64,000 nucleotides of DNA from Isurus oxyrinchus (lineage: Eukaryota). This document shows, one piece after another, positions 24,840 to 38,479 of the stretch; positions within the stretch are counted from its first letter, which is position 1; every line of letters begins with the position of its first letter. A program made the position numbers and the translations under genes. The notes beneath the pieces are model-generated. The model was not told the origin of the DNA. It saw only the letters and a list, made by a program, of their open reading frames with translations, and did no database searches. The stretch is taken from positions 868,001 through 932,000 of the forward strand of contig JANJGN010000089.1 in assembly GCA_026770705.1 (NCBI GenBank). The letters are read 5' to 3'.

Positions 24840-25220
24840 ACTTTGATAGAAATAAACTTTGGTATGTTGTTGAGCTGAAATCTTTCTCGAGGAACTCAAG
24901 CATGGCATTCTGAAAAATACGTGCTCAAAATTAAAAAGGCAACAATGCATTTCAGGATTTTAGACAGGATATGGGTTTTGGAGTTGGGGCAGGACTCTGG
25001 GTAAAATGACCTTTTTGAGGAGAGAGGTGACCGTGAAAAGTAAGACCTCAACGGAAGAAAGAGAACAATATCACATGGCACGGGCTACAACAGTTTTGGG
25101 TATCAGGTGTGTAGTCGGAATAGAATTCAGGAAGCCAGGGGGTGGGTCTCATTGACAAGGCAAATTTGAAAAGGAAACAATGCGATGCGAGTGCCACGCA
25201 GCAGCATTGCAGTTCTGGAG
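24840..25220 (-). mobile_element. L2-type RT fragment
   Basis: ORF 24896-25081 contains HILSKILKCIVAFLI (cf. PFLSKILEKVVAxQL). Confidence 0.5.
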
Positions 25221-26107
25221 AAAGAACGTTCTTAATATTAAACATTGGATGGTTCTATAATTTAGTTTTAAATTTAACCTATAGTAAAATAACTATCTTA
25301 CATATATATGAATGGATAATTGTTTGCTAAATTGTGAGTGCTAAAACATCGTTTTCTGGAGCTTGCACAGTAAGGTCTACCTCCCCAATTTTCTGAGTTC
25401 CCACTCCAGGCCCACGGTGCAAATCACTGAATTTTACATTTCTTTCCGGCCACTTACTTGGAGACAAGCATCGTGCGAGCGGCAATCGATGCTATTAATG
25501 TTCAATATAATTTCCAAACAATAAACGGGAAAAAAACAGTTCAAATGAAATATTGAGAAGAGAATGAATATCTTTCAACATATTTGAAAACGCTGCTCTG
25601 TTCGTGTTTACAAGCCGAGAGAGGGAGCTGCTCTGAAACTGAGCGGGTGCTGATCGAAAAGTAGAAAAGTTCCAACCCAAAGTTTGGGAGCAACAAACAT
25701 ATTGATAATAAAAAAAAAATCAAGGCCTGTGTTGACCGTACGGAGTTGCAGTCAGAAGAAAAATCGAGTTAAAGTACTCAGCGATCAGCATGTCAACCAG
25801 CACTGATCGTCAAAAAATGCCGAGCTTGCCAGAATTCCAGGGATGAATAAAAACGTACAATTCATTAAATGATCTACCAAATTTTGGATTGAGGCAAATC
25901 AGCTTTGACCTGTCTTATTAAAGTGAGGAGACCTGTTCCACTAATCTGCCGAACAAGCAGAGCCTCTCAGCTAGAGGTGGGCTCCTACATTTTTCCGTGC
26001 ATATTTAACATGTTATGGCCCTGGATAAATGAGCTAAGGAGGGGAATCTCATTCTGAATATAATCATATATTCAACAGCTATCAGACAGCAGGATACACT
26101 GACTTAC

Positions 26108-26177
26108 CAGGAGTACCAATGGCTACGAGCACGGGATAGTAAATATCCTTGATCTGTAGAATTATTGGCCGCTCCAT
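26108..26177 (-). CDS. Coding exon 1 of the intact GPR139/GPR142-like GPCR
   Basis: The reverse complement is AAAATGGAG...CCT G|GTAAGTC, encoding MERPIILQIKDIYYPVLVAIGTP plus 1 nt (70 nt). It has a canonical donor, and the phase-1 junction G+TG joins exon 2 in frame, completing TM1 (AIGTPVNLL). Intron 19878-26107; 336 aa in total. Not in the ORF track. Confidence 0.9.
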
Positions 26178-26249
26178 TTTTCAGAAGAACCTTCGTGTGC
26201 AGTCCTGAATTGCTATTCCGATTGGAATTTAACTGAGATCCTTATGAGA

Positions 26250-26310
26250 TCGCATTTATAATACAATTGGTGCCCAGATGAGTAAAGCAGCTTGCACAAC
26301 ATTTCGCGTT
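26250..26310 (-). promoter_or_regulatory. Candidate core promoter of the intact GPCR
   Basis: TATAAA at 26260-26255 on the minus strand, about 78 nt upstream of the ATG. The adjoining block resembles sequence at the equivalent position upstream of paralog 3 (56445-56507). Confidence 0.4.
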
Positions 26311-27069
26311 AGTTATAGGCACTTAACAAACAAAGAGCTGTTGCCACTTCAGTGCATTCAGAAAAACAATGTCAAAATTGAACAAGTCAGTCAACGAAAC
26401 ACCTGCCATTGAAATTCATCAACCGAAAAGAATCCCAGAGGAAATATGTCTCAACGTATACATGATTATTTTGCGTATCAGTATGTCGACGGCCCAACAA
26501 GGGTACTTGACCTAGTTTAGATCCATTTTAGAACTACGAGTGTGCAATAACGAAGGTTAATTAATAAGCTTACAAAAAAATATTTCTAAGGAAGAGCGAA
26601 AATAATATGGTCGAACTTAAGATTTTGTTTTCGGAAATGATGTGATTTACCCTGAATCTGGGATGATGACTCTCGAAATAGCAAACAGATTGAACTGGAA
26701 TGCGAGCTGTCAAACGTAGTTATGGATTTTAAACATATGATTCAGGATAAACAACAGTTAAAATTAAAATTACGACTACACAATTTTAAACACGTATAAA
26801 TTCATTTAGGGTACACCAGCCCCACAACAAAAGATAAGTGGCGTAACGATAACGAAAATGAGATTTAAATATAGCATAATGTCGCCAGGCTGACTACTAA
26901 ATCATTGGAATGAAACGATTTTAGTATTCAGTAAGAGGGGACCTAACGTTTAAAAGGGTAGACTAAAGAAAATGCGATATTGCACCAACTGCTATTTTTA
27001 TTTTAAAAAGGTTCTAAAAATTTCTATAAAGTATGCAGCTGAGAAAAGCAATCAATTGTGAGAGTAAAC

Positions 27070-27861
27070 ATTGACCCATTGGACAGAGATTAAAGGTGAA
27101 ATATAATGCAGGATGGGGAGATGCCTCAGAAACGATGCAGAATCAATGCGAAGTCAAATATCAAGTGAATATAAGGAACTTGCGGGCATCTGCATCAACA
27201 AAAACGCTCGACACATTCATGGCACTAAGTGGCCAGCAATAACCCAGACTTTACTGGCTGGAGAGTAGAGTTTTACAGACGAGGTAGTTGCAAACATAGC
27301 GGATGCATTGGATATGATCTTTCAGAATTACTTAGAATCCAGAACAGTTCCCAAGTATTGAAAGGTAAGAAACCCGAATATATAGGAAGGGTGCAAGAAA
27401 GAAAACGAGGCACTATTAGCTTAACATCATTGCTAGGGAACGCAATTTCTTTTTCTATTCGGATTGTGCAAATAGAACTATTGGAAAAGCATAATATAAT
27501 CCAATAAACTCGACATGGATTTGTGAAGGGGAAATTGAATGTGGCAATCTCATCAGCATTTTCGAGGGTTTAATTATGTGGAGGATAAGGGGAACACAAG
27601 TGAATGTTAAAATTCGATGTTCAGAGAGCATCCGTTTTGTAATCTTAAAGGTGCTGGCATTATTTAGAATTCATGGGATTTAGCGTAATATATTAGCAGG
27701 GAAAAAGAAATGATTTTTGGGCCGACAACCGAGATTAGGAAGGAAAGAGAAATTTTCAACTTGGCAGGCTGCAATTACTGCGGTTACAGATGGATGAATA
27801 TTTGGGTCTCAGCTATGTACAGTCCATATTAATGGCTGACATGATGGAACTAATTTCAAAG
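27070..27861 (+). mobile_element. CR1-type RT fragment, 5' part; resumes at ~32733-33090 after the Gypsy insertion
   Basis: ISLTS, HGFVKG and a YINDL-like CATATTAATG end at ~27850. The next motif (AAGTTTACTGACGATTCA, KFxDD) appears at ~32743. Confidence 0.65.
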
Positions 27862-30800
27862 TGTAGAATATGCATACATTCCATAGCAAAATACTAATGC
27901 AGCCCCATTCTGACCTGCCTGAATCCAACAGAACTGAAGGGAACATCTGGAGAACGCCTAAGGAGAAACTCTATAGCATACCTGGAGGCTCATGGGCAAA
28001 TTAAGGACTCCAACAGAGCACGTCTTGGGCCACTGTGTAATCCCATCCATTGCAGAGTCAATGAACCTAGCCAGTTCGCGAAGGCGAGCAAACAAAATAA
28101 TATTTAAGACATGGGTCAAAGGCTGAGCTGGTCTTTAAAAGTATTCAGGGCATCAATTGTGCAGAACAATCAATTTCATTGATCACCGCAGCCAGCTTGG
28201 ACCGCGAGTCGGCGGCCTAAATCGTTTGAAAAAAAAACACGTCTAATGCCTCAGTGAAACACGCAAATCACTTTTGCTCGGGGAAATACTCTCGGAAAAC
28301 GTCGAGAAAGACCAAATGGTGGATTCAAAGGCTTGCTTCAAAGATAATAAATCGCTCTGTGATTGGGTCCGTGATTGCGTATGAACCGGCCAAAACAAGA
28401 CAAGCGCGTAAGATGTGAAAAAAAACGGTAACTGAACGCCACCTTCTAAAAGAGCAACATCAATTAAATCTATACTGCCTTCTGCTGAAAATAAACGAAT
28501 AACCATGGATAATAAATCAACACTACCAGGCCAATTTTACTTATCCAAGGGGAAGATCAGGCGCAGAATTGGTTTCTTTGGCTGACATTTTTTGAGGCAT
28601 AGACAGCTTCAGGTAAGGAGACAGAGGCCGAAGAAGTGAACGTAAAAGTTTAATCAGGAGGAATGATAAACGATTACATCATTTTGAGGCAAAAATTTAA
28701 TTAATCTTCACATAAATTTCATGAGGCTTTGAAATCCTTCGATACCTATTGTAATTTAAGAAGCAATAAAATTGTAGCGCGAGGAAACTTCAACAAGCAG
28801 GTGCATAAAGCTGAAGAGTCCGATAACCTTTTAATAAATGAGTTATACATATGGGAGGAAGTCTGTGACGACAGTTGTCGTAAGCCAGAGGCCATCACAG
28901 ACGGTATAGTAGCCAGGGTGGTTGATGATGTCCCTTCCCATACAGGGAAAATAGGATTAGACGTAGAAAAAACCATCCAAATAGTGAGGAATGCTGAAAC
29001 CTGCCAAAAACATTGCTTCATTTTACATGACAAAGTTAAGTTATGAAATAGAGTAAATCCAACTGTCCAGCTTACATAGCAGCAGATGGCAGGGAGACTC
29101 CAGTCCAAGGAAGGCAACACCTAAACACACACAGGCTGTTGGGGGAAATGTCACCATTATGGAGCCAAAAGTCCTCACAGGTGAAAACGATGTCCAGAAA
29201 TCTCTTGGCAGTACTTCAACAGCAACTGGCAGTCCTGGAGCACTTTAGCAAGCTGTGTAAAGCTAAGATTTTCTGTCATGTGGAGAATCTCAAACAATTG
29301 GTTTGTCAGACCAGGAAGAGTCAGAAGCTTCCTCTTGAGTGCGATTAAGTATCCAATGGATCCGAGATCTAATTTTAGCAATGCTGACTTCTTTCAAAAC
29401 TTTCACCTCAACAACTTCAAATTGTCCATCGGAGCCATTGCGATAGTCCTCTAAGATAAGGATCCATAGCTGGTGTAGCAACATCTGAGGCCACATACAC
29501 TATCACTGTTCAGATGAGACGCAAATGAGCACACAAATTAAAGCTACAATGCACGCAACACTCCAATATCAAACGAAGCAAATACAATAGAAAATAATTG
29601 AACACCTCAGTCAAAAAAATAAATAAACCCCTTAACAGGAAGGCCTTTGTCGACCTCAACCTCCTTAACAAAAGAGATCACTCAACATGTGTTTGTTTCT
29701 AATTTTAAGAAAGAGATTTGGAAAGTTTTCACTTAATTAGGATGACTTAAGATTTTACGTAACATTACATTATGAAATGATACCAATTCCCTGTGTCTGC
29801 TCACACCACGGAATATTCTGAACATGCTTATAAAACAGTTGAAACAACAACTGAAAGAGATGACTAAAATGGGGGCCATCTGGCCCGTCATTCAGCCGAA
29901 AGAGTTCCAAAGCCAAAAGGGTTCATTCAAATCTGTGTCAACCTTCCACAACTCAACAAGTTGGTGGTGAGACAAGTCAACCCGATGTCTTTGCTGGGCG
30001 GCAGCCTGACAAACTATCCAAAAACTATGTTATCCGTAGAGTTTGGCAACTTTCAAGAGATGAGGATTCCAACTTACTGACTAGCCCTAACTCTCAATTT
30101 GCTGAATCCTGCACCAAATGCTTGCCTTCAGTATTACCCCAGCATCAAGGTTTATCAGTGCACAATGTTAGTGATCTTTCATGTTCTGTAGGATGATATC
30201 TGTCAAATGTATGATGTTATTGTCCACAGTATTACAATTGAGAAACACTACTAGAGGCTCACGTTTGTTTTAGAAAGCTTCAGGAAGCAGGCCTGACACT
30301 ACATGAGAAGTATAAGTTTTCGATGACCTCTACTCAGTTCTTAGGCCTTATTGTGAGCAGCTAAGGCATCGTGCTGAACTCAGACAAAACAAAGGAAATC
30401 ACGGCTTTCCCGATACCTCTATCCATTCCAGACCTGGAAAGGTTCCTTCACATGGTGAACAATTTAGCGAAATTTCTGCACACCCTGACCCAGATTAGAG
30501 TGCTCCGCTGACCTGCACTTCAAAAAGGCCCAGGCCTGGTGCTGTGCTGCCCACAAGAGCAAGAATTCAGTCACATCAAAGAGATGCTGCTTTCACCATC
30601 AACGCTGGCTGGCTATGATCTATCTCTGTCCACTAAAACAGCATTGGAAGCCATGGCGAGAGGCCTAGCAGCAGTTTATTCCAGGTGCAGCTTGATGGAT
30701 GCCGCCAATAATGACATTATTGTCCGACACAGAAACACACCATGCCATTCTACAAAATGTGGCAGCCAAGTGAACTTGTTTGATGTTCCTTGACTCCATT

Positions 30801-32732
30801 GTTAACCTGAAGCTCGTGAGAAAGAACCTCAGAAGATGTCCCTAGATTTCAGAAATTCTGCTTGTGCCTCATTCATTTTACATACAGTACAGCATCAGTT
30901 CAACAGAAACACCAACGACTGCAGCCACACTATCAAGAGAGACAGGCGACCTACCTTCGGCCTCAATGTCAACCAGGTCGACGAGCTGGAATCTGGTTCA
31001 TAATTGTTCAAAAAACTAATATCAACTACCTCTGGAAAGCTTCAGCAAACATGGAAGGAGAAGTTGTGGAAAGGTGGGTGTGTCGACATCCACAATTATG
31101 GTCTACGAGGATGGCTACAGCTGAAGCCAACTGGCAACATCATGAATGTACATTCTGAACAGGAGCTACAATTCTCTGTGATAGATGATCTGCTGGTTCA
31201 GAACTAGCCATTTCAGTTTCCCTTCAGCCAGAGGTTCTTCAATGAATCCACCAAGGCCACCGGGGCATTACAGAGCGGACAGCACGGGTACTGTCTGCAG
31301 TGTTTTGACTGAAATTAAGGAATCACCCAAAAGGCTTCGCACAAACCAGTCCTGAGAGGGATAGAGAGACCCCATTAACCGCCAGCAGTTACCTACCAGA
31401 CATGCAAATGTTAAGGAATGCATTTATTCGTATGTAAATAAAAGTCCACCTCTTCGTGGTGGACGACATCTCCCAGTGCATCAAACCAAAGGAGTTACAC
31501 AGGACGAACACAGAGGTGAGCGTTAAGTCCCTGAAGGAAGAATTGAGAGACGTTGCATTGTCCACCAGGTGGTGTCCCATAATGGCCGACAATTTTCTAA
31601 AGAGGTCTTCACTCAATTCTCCTCCCATTCCGGGTTTCAACAACATACCAGCTCTCCAAGGATTCATGTTCCAATGGTGAGGAGGAATGAGGCACCCGCA
31701 CCATTGAAAACACTTTTCTACTAAAGCAACTACTTCCCAACGACATTTTTAACAGAGAGATCCAACCTGCCAGCGTCGTTTGGCATGTGAGCCAAGAATT
31801 TTGCACTCAATAACCTGTGCTGCCAAAGAGGTTCAAGAGAACAGTCCTAACGACAGGGAGAGTCTTCTGCCTACAGCTGGAGATACTGCAGCAAGAACAT
31901 TACTGAGTTAGACAAATATGGCAAGCTTTCAACCAGGGACCTTGGAGGAGTGTGCATCATTGTCTGTAGAGGTGATGATCATGCAAGATTTTACCTGTTA
32001 CCCACTCCACAAGGTGCAATCGGGCAGAACAGGATTCATCTCTTTATCTTCTGAGGCGAACCTCCTACCATATTTTAAAGCTGATTAGATGGAGACAATA
32101 AAGTGGGTTTACCTACATCGCATCCATTGCAGTGATTCAAGAAGGCACCTCACCAGCACATTCTCATTGGCAATTGGTGACGGACAATAAATACTGGCCT
32201 AGCCAGCCACATGCCACATCACACAAATGAATAAACGAGTGTGTCACAAACAAAAAATACTATGATTTCAAATCTGAACTAACAAAGCTGACACAGAAAA
32301 ATGGGCCTACACCCGTCCAAATATGACCAGAACGACGTCTGGCAGAATTTTCAGGCCTTCAGACTGTCTGGATTCATGAGCGCTGAGGCTTGAAAGAGAT
32401 AGGGTAGCTGTAAATAAATATTGTGCTGTAATTTTGTTGGGTTAAGAATGTAGCGAAATGTAATACAAGGGTGTTCGGCATAGCAAGGGTCAAAGTTAGG
32501 CTGGAGAACAGTGCTGCCCACAGTGTAATTGAAAGAGAAACATGGGACAGACATGTCAGGAGACCTGAGTAGATTTCAGCATAGTGATGACTTTTGATTT
32601 GGCTTTAAATTTTACACACGCACAGGAACAGAAATACTCTATTGCTTCTGTGTCGTCAACCAACAATTTTTGTTCAAAATTACAAGCTTCTGAGCAACTT
32701 TGTGGGAACTACTGAACAGAACTCTTGCTACA
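27862..32732 (+). mobile_element. Decayed Ty3/Gypsy LTR retrotransposon (gag, RT, RNase H, integrase remnants)
   Basis: Gag-like ORF 28729-29046 (KSFDTYCNLRSNKIVARGNFNKQ...DGIV). RT remnants include ATTCAAATCTGTGTC..CAACTCAACAAG (IxICV..QLNK, ~29925) and a YMDD-like DVIVH (~30210). Integrase remnants include HQGHRGI (~31248) and SNGEEE (~31670). Termini TGTAG...CTACA are flanked by CAAAG/GAAAG. Candidate 3' LTR 32449-32732 (TGTAGC...GCTACA). Confidence 0.8.
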
Positions 32733-33837
32733 GAAAGTATTCAAGTTTACTGACGATTCAAATGGGAGCAACGTGTGTGATGGAGATAACGTTTAGAAGT
32801 TGCAGAAGGAGATGGATGGGCTGAGTGCTCCGGAATGTACAGGCAGTTCGAATACAATGTGCCAAAATCTAGAAATATTTCGTTTGATAGGAGAAATTAC
32901 GAGAATTAAGCATTAATCATAATATACATGGCACTGTTGAGCTCATTCCTGTAGCACTTTGTCTTGTTTTAGTCTCGGTACCTAAGTGAGGACATTCTTC
33001 CCTGACAAGAAGGGCAATGATTCTTCATTGGACTGCATCTTTGGGAGGCGATGATTGTGTGTGAAGACAGACTGATTAGTCTAGACCTATACTCAGGTGA
33101 CTGGCCTGCTTTGGAAACTTTATTTTCTGTAAAATATGACCCGCAGAAGACCCCAGCTTAGTGCATCATGTGAGACCCAAGAGGCAGGGGCTGCATGAAG
33201 AGATCAATCATCTGGGTGCCGACCAGCATCTCCATCCAAAATCCAGCTGCCATATTTTTAACTACAGCGGCTTAAATTAAGAATATTCTAGCTTCTACTA
33301 CCTTGGCTGCTGCTAGGAGTCTTAACATAAAATTTCTCCTGATTAAGAATTTACTGTCAGATCAGAGAGGCACAATAGTATAAGATGTAGACTGGGATGT
33401 AGCGGAGCTGCATGAGAGCTGGATCGACGTGATACTGTCCTGTGATAAAATTGCAAATATAAATTTTTCAGCACCAGGTAGTGCGCAAAACAACCTCACA
33501 CAGAATCCTTACAACAGCTTTGGTGAGGAGGATGCGGTCAAGATTTTTGTTTCCAAATCTTCATATGCGGCATAAATCTTATTCTTGCTCCACCAAAAAC
33601 ATATTTTATTTAGCTCTATGTTTATTCATCTGTCAATGTGACTTTCTCTGACGTGATGCCGGAATTTTATCCATGGTCTTTTTATACAGGAACAGATTCG
33701 GATGTTGAACTGAATGGGCCACAGACATCAATCAATAATATCTGCGTTATCCACTTCCCTCTCCACAGAACCCAATATTTTGTAGTGTCAAACGAATGGG
33801 TAAAATGAAAATTTAAAAAAATCATCCCTGTATAAAG

Positions 33838-34060
33838 GTCTCTCTCTCTCTCTTAATCGAGTTCACTTCTCCCTCGATATCTCTTTCTTTATCTCTCTTT
33901 TTTCCAATTTTCTCACTCTGACTCTCTCTGTCTCTCTCTCTCTCTCTACCACACAATGAACCCCCTCCCTCTATCCCTTGCACTTATCTCTCTTTCTCTC
34001 TCTGTCTCTGTCTCTGTCTCCCTCTCACACACACAGACACACAAGCACCTACACACGAGC
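33838..34060. repeat. Compound (CT)n/(CA)n microsatellite region
   Basis: Direct reading: TCTCTC runs followed by CACACA runs. Confidence 0.85.
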
Positions 34061-34294
34061 GCAAACAGATGCTAACCTACTTTTTTATTTCCCATTCTGG
34101 GCCAAGTGAATTGAAACAAATATTCCCAGGAAGAAAAAAAACTGCAGTGGCACAAAGATTTGAAAAGATGACTTGGATAAAGCCGTGGAACATTCCCACA
34201 ATTGAGAAAGGATGTTCAGGCAAAGCCACAGTTTGTCGATAAAGAAATAATTACAGAGCAAGTTGAAGGCAGGAAACGATCATTGTCAAATTAC

Positions 34295-35590
34295 TATTTA
34301 TTAAATTCATTTATGGGATCTCGACTTCGCTGGCTGGGGAAGCATGTGTTGCCCATCATTAATTGCCCTTGATAATGTGATGGTTTGATGCCTCCTTCAG
34401 CTGTCCATGTTGTGTAGGTGCGCCCAATGTGCCATTATGGAGGGACTGTCAGGATTTTAACCCAGCGACACAGCACGGGAGCGATGTATTCCCAAAGCAG
34501 GATAGTGATTGGCTTGGAGGGTAACTTCCAGGTTGTGACGTTCCCATTTGTCTGTTATCCTTGCCCTTCTAGATGGTAAAGTCGTCCTTTGTTTGTAAAG
34601 TGCTGCCAAAGGAACGTTGGTGGGTTTCTGCAGTGTATTTTGCAAATGGTACACACTGCTGGCTCTGCTCCTCGTGGTGGAGGTGTTGAATCCATTTGGA
34701 AGGGGTGCTAATCAAGCAGGCTGCCTTTTCCTGAATGTTGTCCCGTTTACTGAGTCTTGTCACAGCTGTACTCATTCAGCCTGGTGGGGATAATTCCACC
34801 GCACTTCTGAATTATGCCTTGTAGATGGTGGATAGGCATTGGGGAGTCACAAGATTAGTTATTCGCCACAGGATTTCTCGCCTCTGACCTACTCTTGTAG
34901 TCACAGTATTTAAATGGCTAGCCCAATCCAGAATCTGGTCAATGGCAATCCTCAGTGTGTTGAAATTCGAGCGGTGATAGTTGGATTGTCTCTTGTTGGT
35001 GATGGGCTTTGACTGGCACTTGTATGGCGTGAATGTTACTTGCCATGTGTCAGCCCATTCTAGATATTATCCATGTCATGCTGCAGTTGACTAAATGGAC
35101 TACCTCAATGTCTAAGGAGTTGCAAATATTGCTGAACTTTGAGCACAGCCATCAACGAGCATCCCCTCATCTGATTTTTGGATGGAAGGAATGCCATTGA
35201 TGAAGCAGTGAGGGCGATAGGCCCAGTCACTCTCGTCGCACTCCTGATGTTCAACTCTTTTACCATATTTGAAAAAGGCTGCAATGTGTTCTGATGCTGT
35301 GTAAACTTGGTGGTATCAGTGAGCAGGTTACTTCTAAGCAAGCACCGCTCGTGACACTATTGGTGACCCCTTCCATTACTTTATTGATGATGGTGCTTGG
35401 ACTCATGGGGCAGCAACTGGACTGGTTGAATTTCCCGTGATTTTTCTGAGCAAGACATGTCTGGGAAATTGTCATCATTGCAGGCTAGAAGCCAGTTTTG
35501 TGGCGGTGCTGGAACAGTTTGACTAGGAGCTCAGCAAAACCTGAAGCAAAAGCTGTCAATATAATTGCTACAGTCTTGGCAGGGCCCATA
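34295..35590 (-). mobile_element. 5'-truncated copy of the LINE family at 5341-8560
   Basis: ORF 34569-34775 LSKRDNIQEKAACLISTP parallels TLKRRNTIQDKVAHLIG at 8049-8513; same tail at ~34300-34380. Confidence 0.8.
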
Positions 35591-36234
35591 TAACAGATTG
35601 ACCTAATCTTAAATGGTTCTCAAATGCCAGCAATGTTAGCAGCATATAAAACTTAAAAGTTATGACATGTTTGTTCAAAGAACTTTGCTAAGTTATTTCT
35701 ACCAAACCCAACCCAGCTAGTACAACTTTACTGACAGGTATGTCAGACTCTGACTAACTAATCTAATTGCTTTAATTTGTTAAGGCAACAGAGAAGATTA
35801 CTGAGGGGAATGTGCTGTATTTTGGCTGCATGCGTTTTTATTTATTTGACAGGGTACCTTATAAAAATAGAATTGGTGGTCATGACAAAGAAGGATAATT
35901 GCCAACGTGGATATCATACGTGGAGGTATGGCAATCAGGAAGCATAGTAACAATGAAAATCAACGGGATCATAAGATACTAATAAGATCAAAAGGAAAAG
36001 ACTCAGAAGCAGGCCATACGGGCCCTCCACGATGCTCCAAACCATTCACTGACCAGATGGCTATATGTAACTTTGGCCTTAACTCCACTTGCGTTTTTTC
36101 CACCGGAATCTTTGACACCCTCTAGATCAAAAATCCGTCTGGCATGGTATGCTAACAGAAAGGGAGTTAAAATGTTCGATGTAATTGAATGCACAGGAGG
36201 GTGAGATGATGGATTTTCGGAGATTGGCTATGGA

Positions 36235-38450
36235 GACAGCATGCAGAGTGAAATATCAGCAGAATTATACACAACCACAATCTGTCACCCCATAGCCCAG
36301 GATATTCACCAATCTACCAGTACTATCAAGCCAAGGGATCATCTTGTTTCAATGAAGAGTGGAGGAGAGCATGCCAGGAGCTGCAGCTGGCGTAACAAAA
36401 AACGAGGTGTCAAACTGATGAAGGAACAAAATATAAGACTTACGTGCCAAGCAGTAGAATCAGCAAGTGATATTTGGAGCGAAGTGATTCCCCAAATGAT
36501 GGACGATATTTGTGTTTTGTAGTCCTACCACATGAATTTATGAATGGTGGTGGACAATTCAGCAACTCACTGGAGAGCAAACCTCCAAAAATAACCCCAT
36601 AAGAATGATGGGGGGAACCCAACAGATCAGTACAAAATATAAGGCTGAACCACTTGCAAACAACTTCAGCAGATGTGCAAAAAGGCTAATTCATCTCGGC
36701 CTCCTCAGGAGGTCCCCAGCATCACAGATATCATTCTTCAAACAAATCGATTCACTCCATGTGATATCAAGGAAAGTCTGAAGGCATGCTATATTAAAAT
36801 GTGATGGGAACTGAAAATATTTTGACAACAGTATCGAAGACCAGTGCACCACCTGCATCTGTACCCAAGCTTTTCCAGTAGAGCTAAAGCACCTGCCCGG
36901 AAATTTGCAAAATTGCTCAGGTATGTCATGTACACAAAAAACAGGCCAAATCCAACACAACCAATTTCCGCCCTATCTACCTCCGCTATCAGTATATGGA
37001 TGGAACTAGTCACAAATTTTGCTACCAAGTGGCACTTATTTAGCAATAACCTGTTTACTAAAGATCAGTTTGGGTTCCGCCAAGGTCACTCAGCTCATTA
37101 CCTCCTTACAGCCTTGGTTGAAAGATGGAAAAAAGAGTTGAACATGAAAGGTGAGGCAAGAGTAAATGCCCTTGACATCAACGCAACATTTGACAGAGTG
37201 TGCCATCAAGAAGCCCGAGGAAAATTGGATTCAATACTATTCAGAGTTAAAAATCTCCACTGTTGGTGTCATAGCTAGCTCAAAGGAATTTGCCTGTGGT
37301 CGTTAGAGGGCAATCAGCTCATTTCCAGGACATCACTATAGGAGGACCTCAGAGTAGATTCCTAGGACAGGCCCTCTTCAGTTCATTCATGAACAACCTT
37401 CCTTCCATCATAAGTTAAAATGTGGGAATGATCATTGATGATACAGCTTTATTTGCTACTCCTCAAATACTGAAACAGTCTATACAGCAAGACATCCATT
37501 CAACCTAGGCTTGTGCTGACTTGTGGAAAGTAACAGTCACACCACAAACGTGCGAGACAATGTTAAGATCCAACAAGAGAGAATCTAACCCTCGCCCCAT
37601 TGTCCTTTAATGGCATTACCATCGGTAAACCCCACCATCAGTATCATCGTGCTTGTCATTGACCAGAAACTGAACTGGACTAGACATAAACCCACTTTAG
37701 CAAAAGCAGCTAGCCAATGGCTAGGAATTCATCAGCCAGGAAATCGCCTCCTCCCTCGCCATTGCCTACCCAACATCGACAAGGCACAAGTCAGGGGTAT
37801 GTTAGGTTTCTTCCCACTTACCTGAGTACGCACAGACCCAACAACTTTCAAGGAGCTTGGCACAACTGCATTTCTTTTCCACCCTTTCCAATAACATTTC
37901 ATAAATCTACACATTTATCCTTATGTTATTGCAAACAACCCTGCTATTTCTGAAGCAGGCGATCGCATTAATATGGCTCACTATCCTCTTGTCATGTCCT
38001 GCAGCAATCAAATACATTTTCAGATGGAACGACAGTTCCCTCTGACCCTGAACACGGTCCTGAACACTCCTTCCACCAGCCACGCACAACAACAGTTTTA
38101 CCATCTACAAGAAGCAGTGCAGGAACTCAACAAATCTCATTAGACAGCACGTTATAAACCCACGGCAGCTAACACCTAGAATACGGGCAAGGACAGCAGA
38201 CACATGGGGAAACTACAACTGGAGATCCCCTCTAAGACATTCACCATCCTGCCTTGGAAAAATAATACTGTTCCTTCACTGGCCCAGTATCAAAGTCTGC
38301 GACCCACCTCTCTAACAGGAATAAGGGTTTACCTTCACCTCTTGGGGTCAGCAGCTCAAGAAAGCAGCTCACCACAAGCTGCTCAACAGTAATTAGGAAT
38401 GGAAATGAATGTTGACCATGCGAGCGACGCTCACATCAAACAAATTAATA
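36235..38450 (+). mobile_element. Decayed copy of the LINE family at 5341-8560 (RT region and tail)
   Basis: ORF 36844-37278 NNLFTKDQFGFRQGHSA...ARVNALDINATFDRVCH; IDQKLNWTRH; tail near 38400-38450. Contains a foreign inverted insert at 37901-38055. Confidence 0.85.
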
Positions 38451-38479
38451 CAAAACTACAAAATATATATAATGGCACA

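Noticed and set aside
18937-26177. Assigning the symbol GPR139 to the intact receptor
   Set aside because: Family resemblance only. Multiple diverged paralogs make orthology to GPR139 or GPR142 unsupported without phylogeny.
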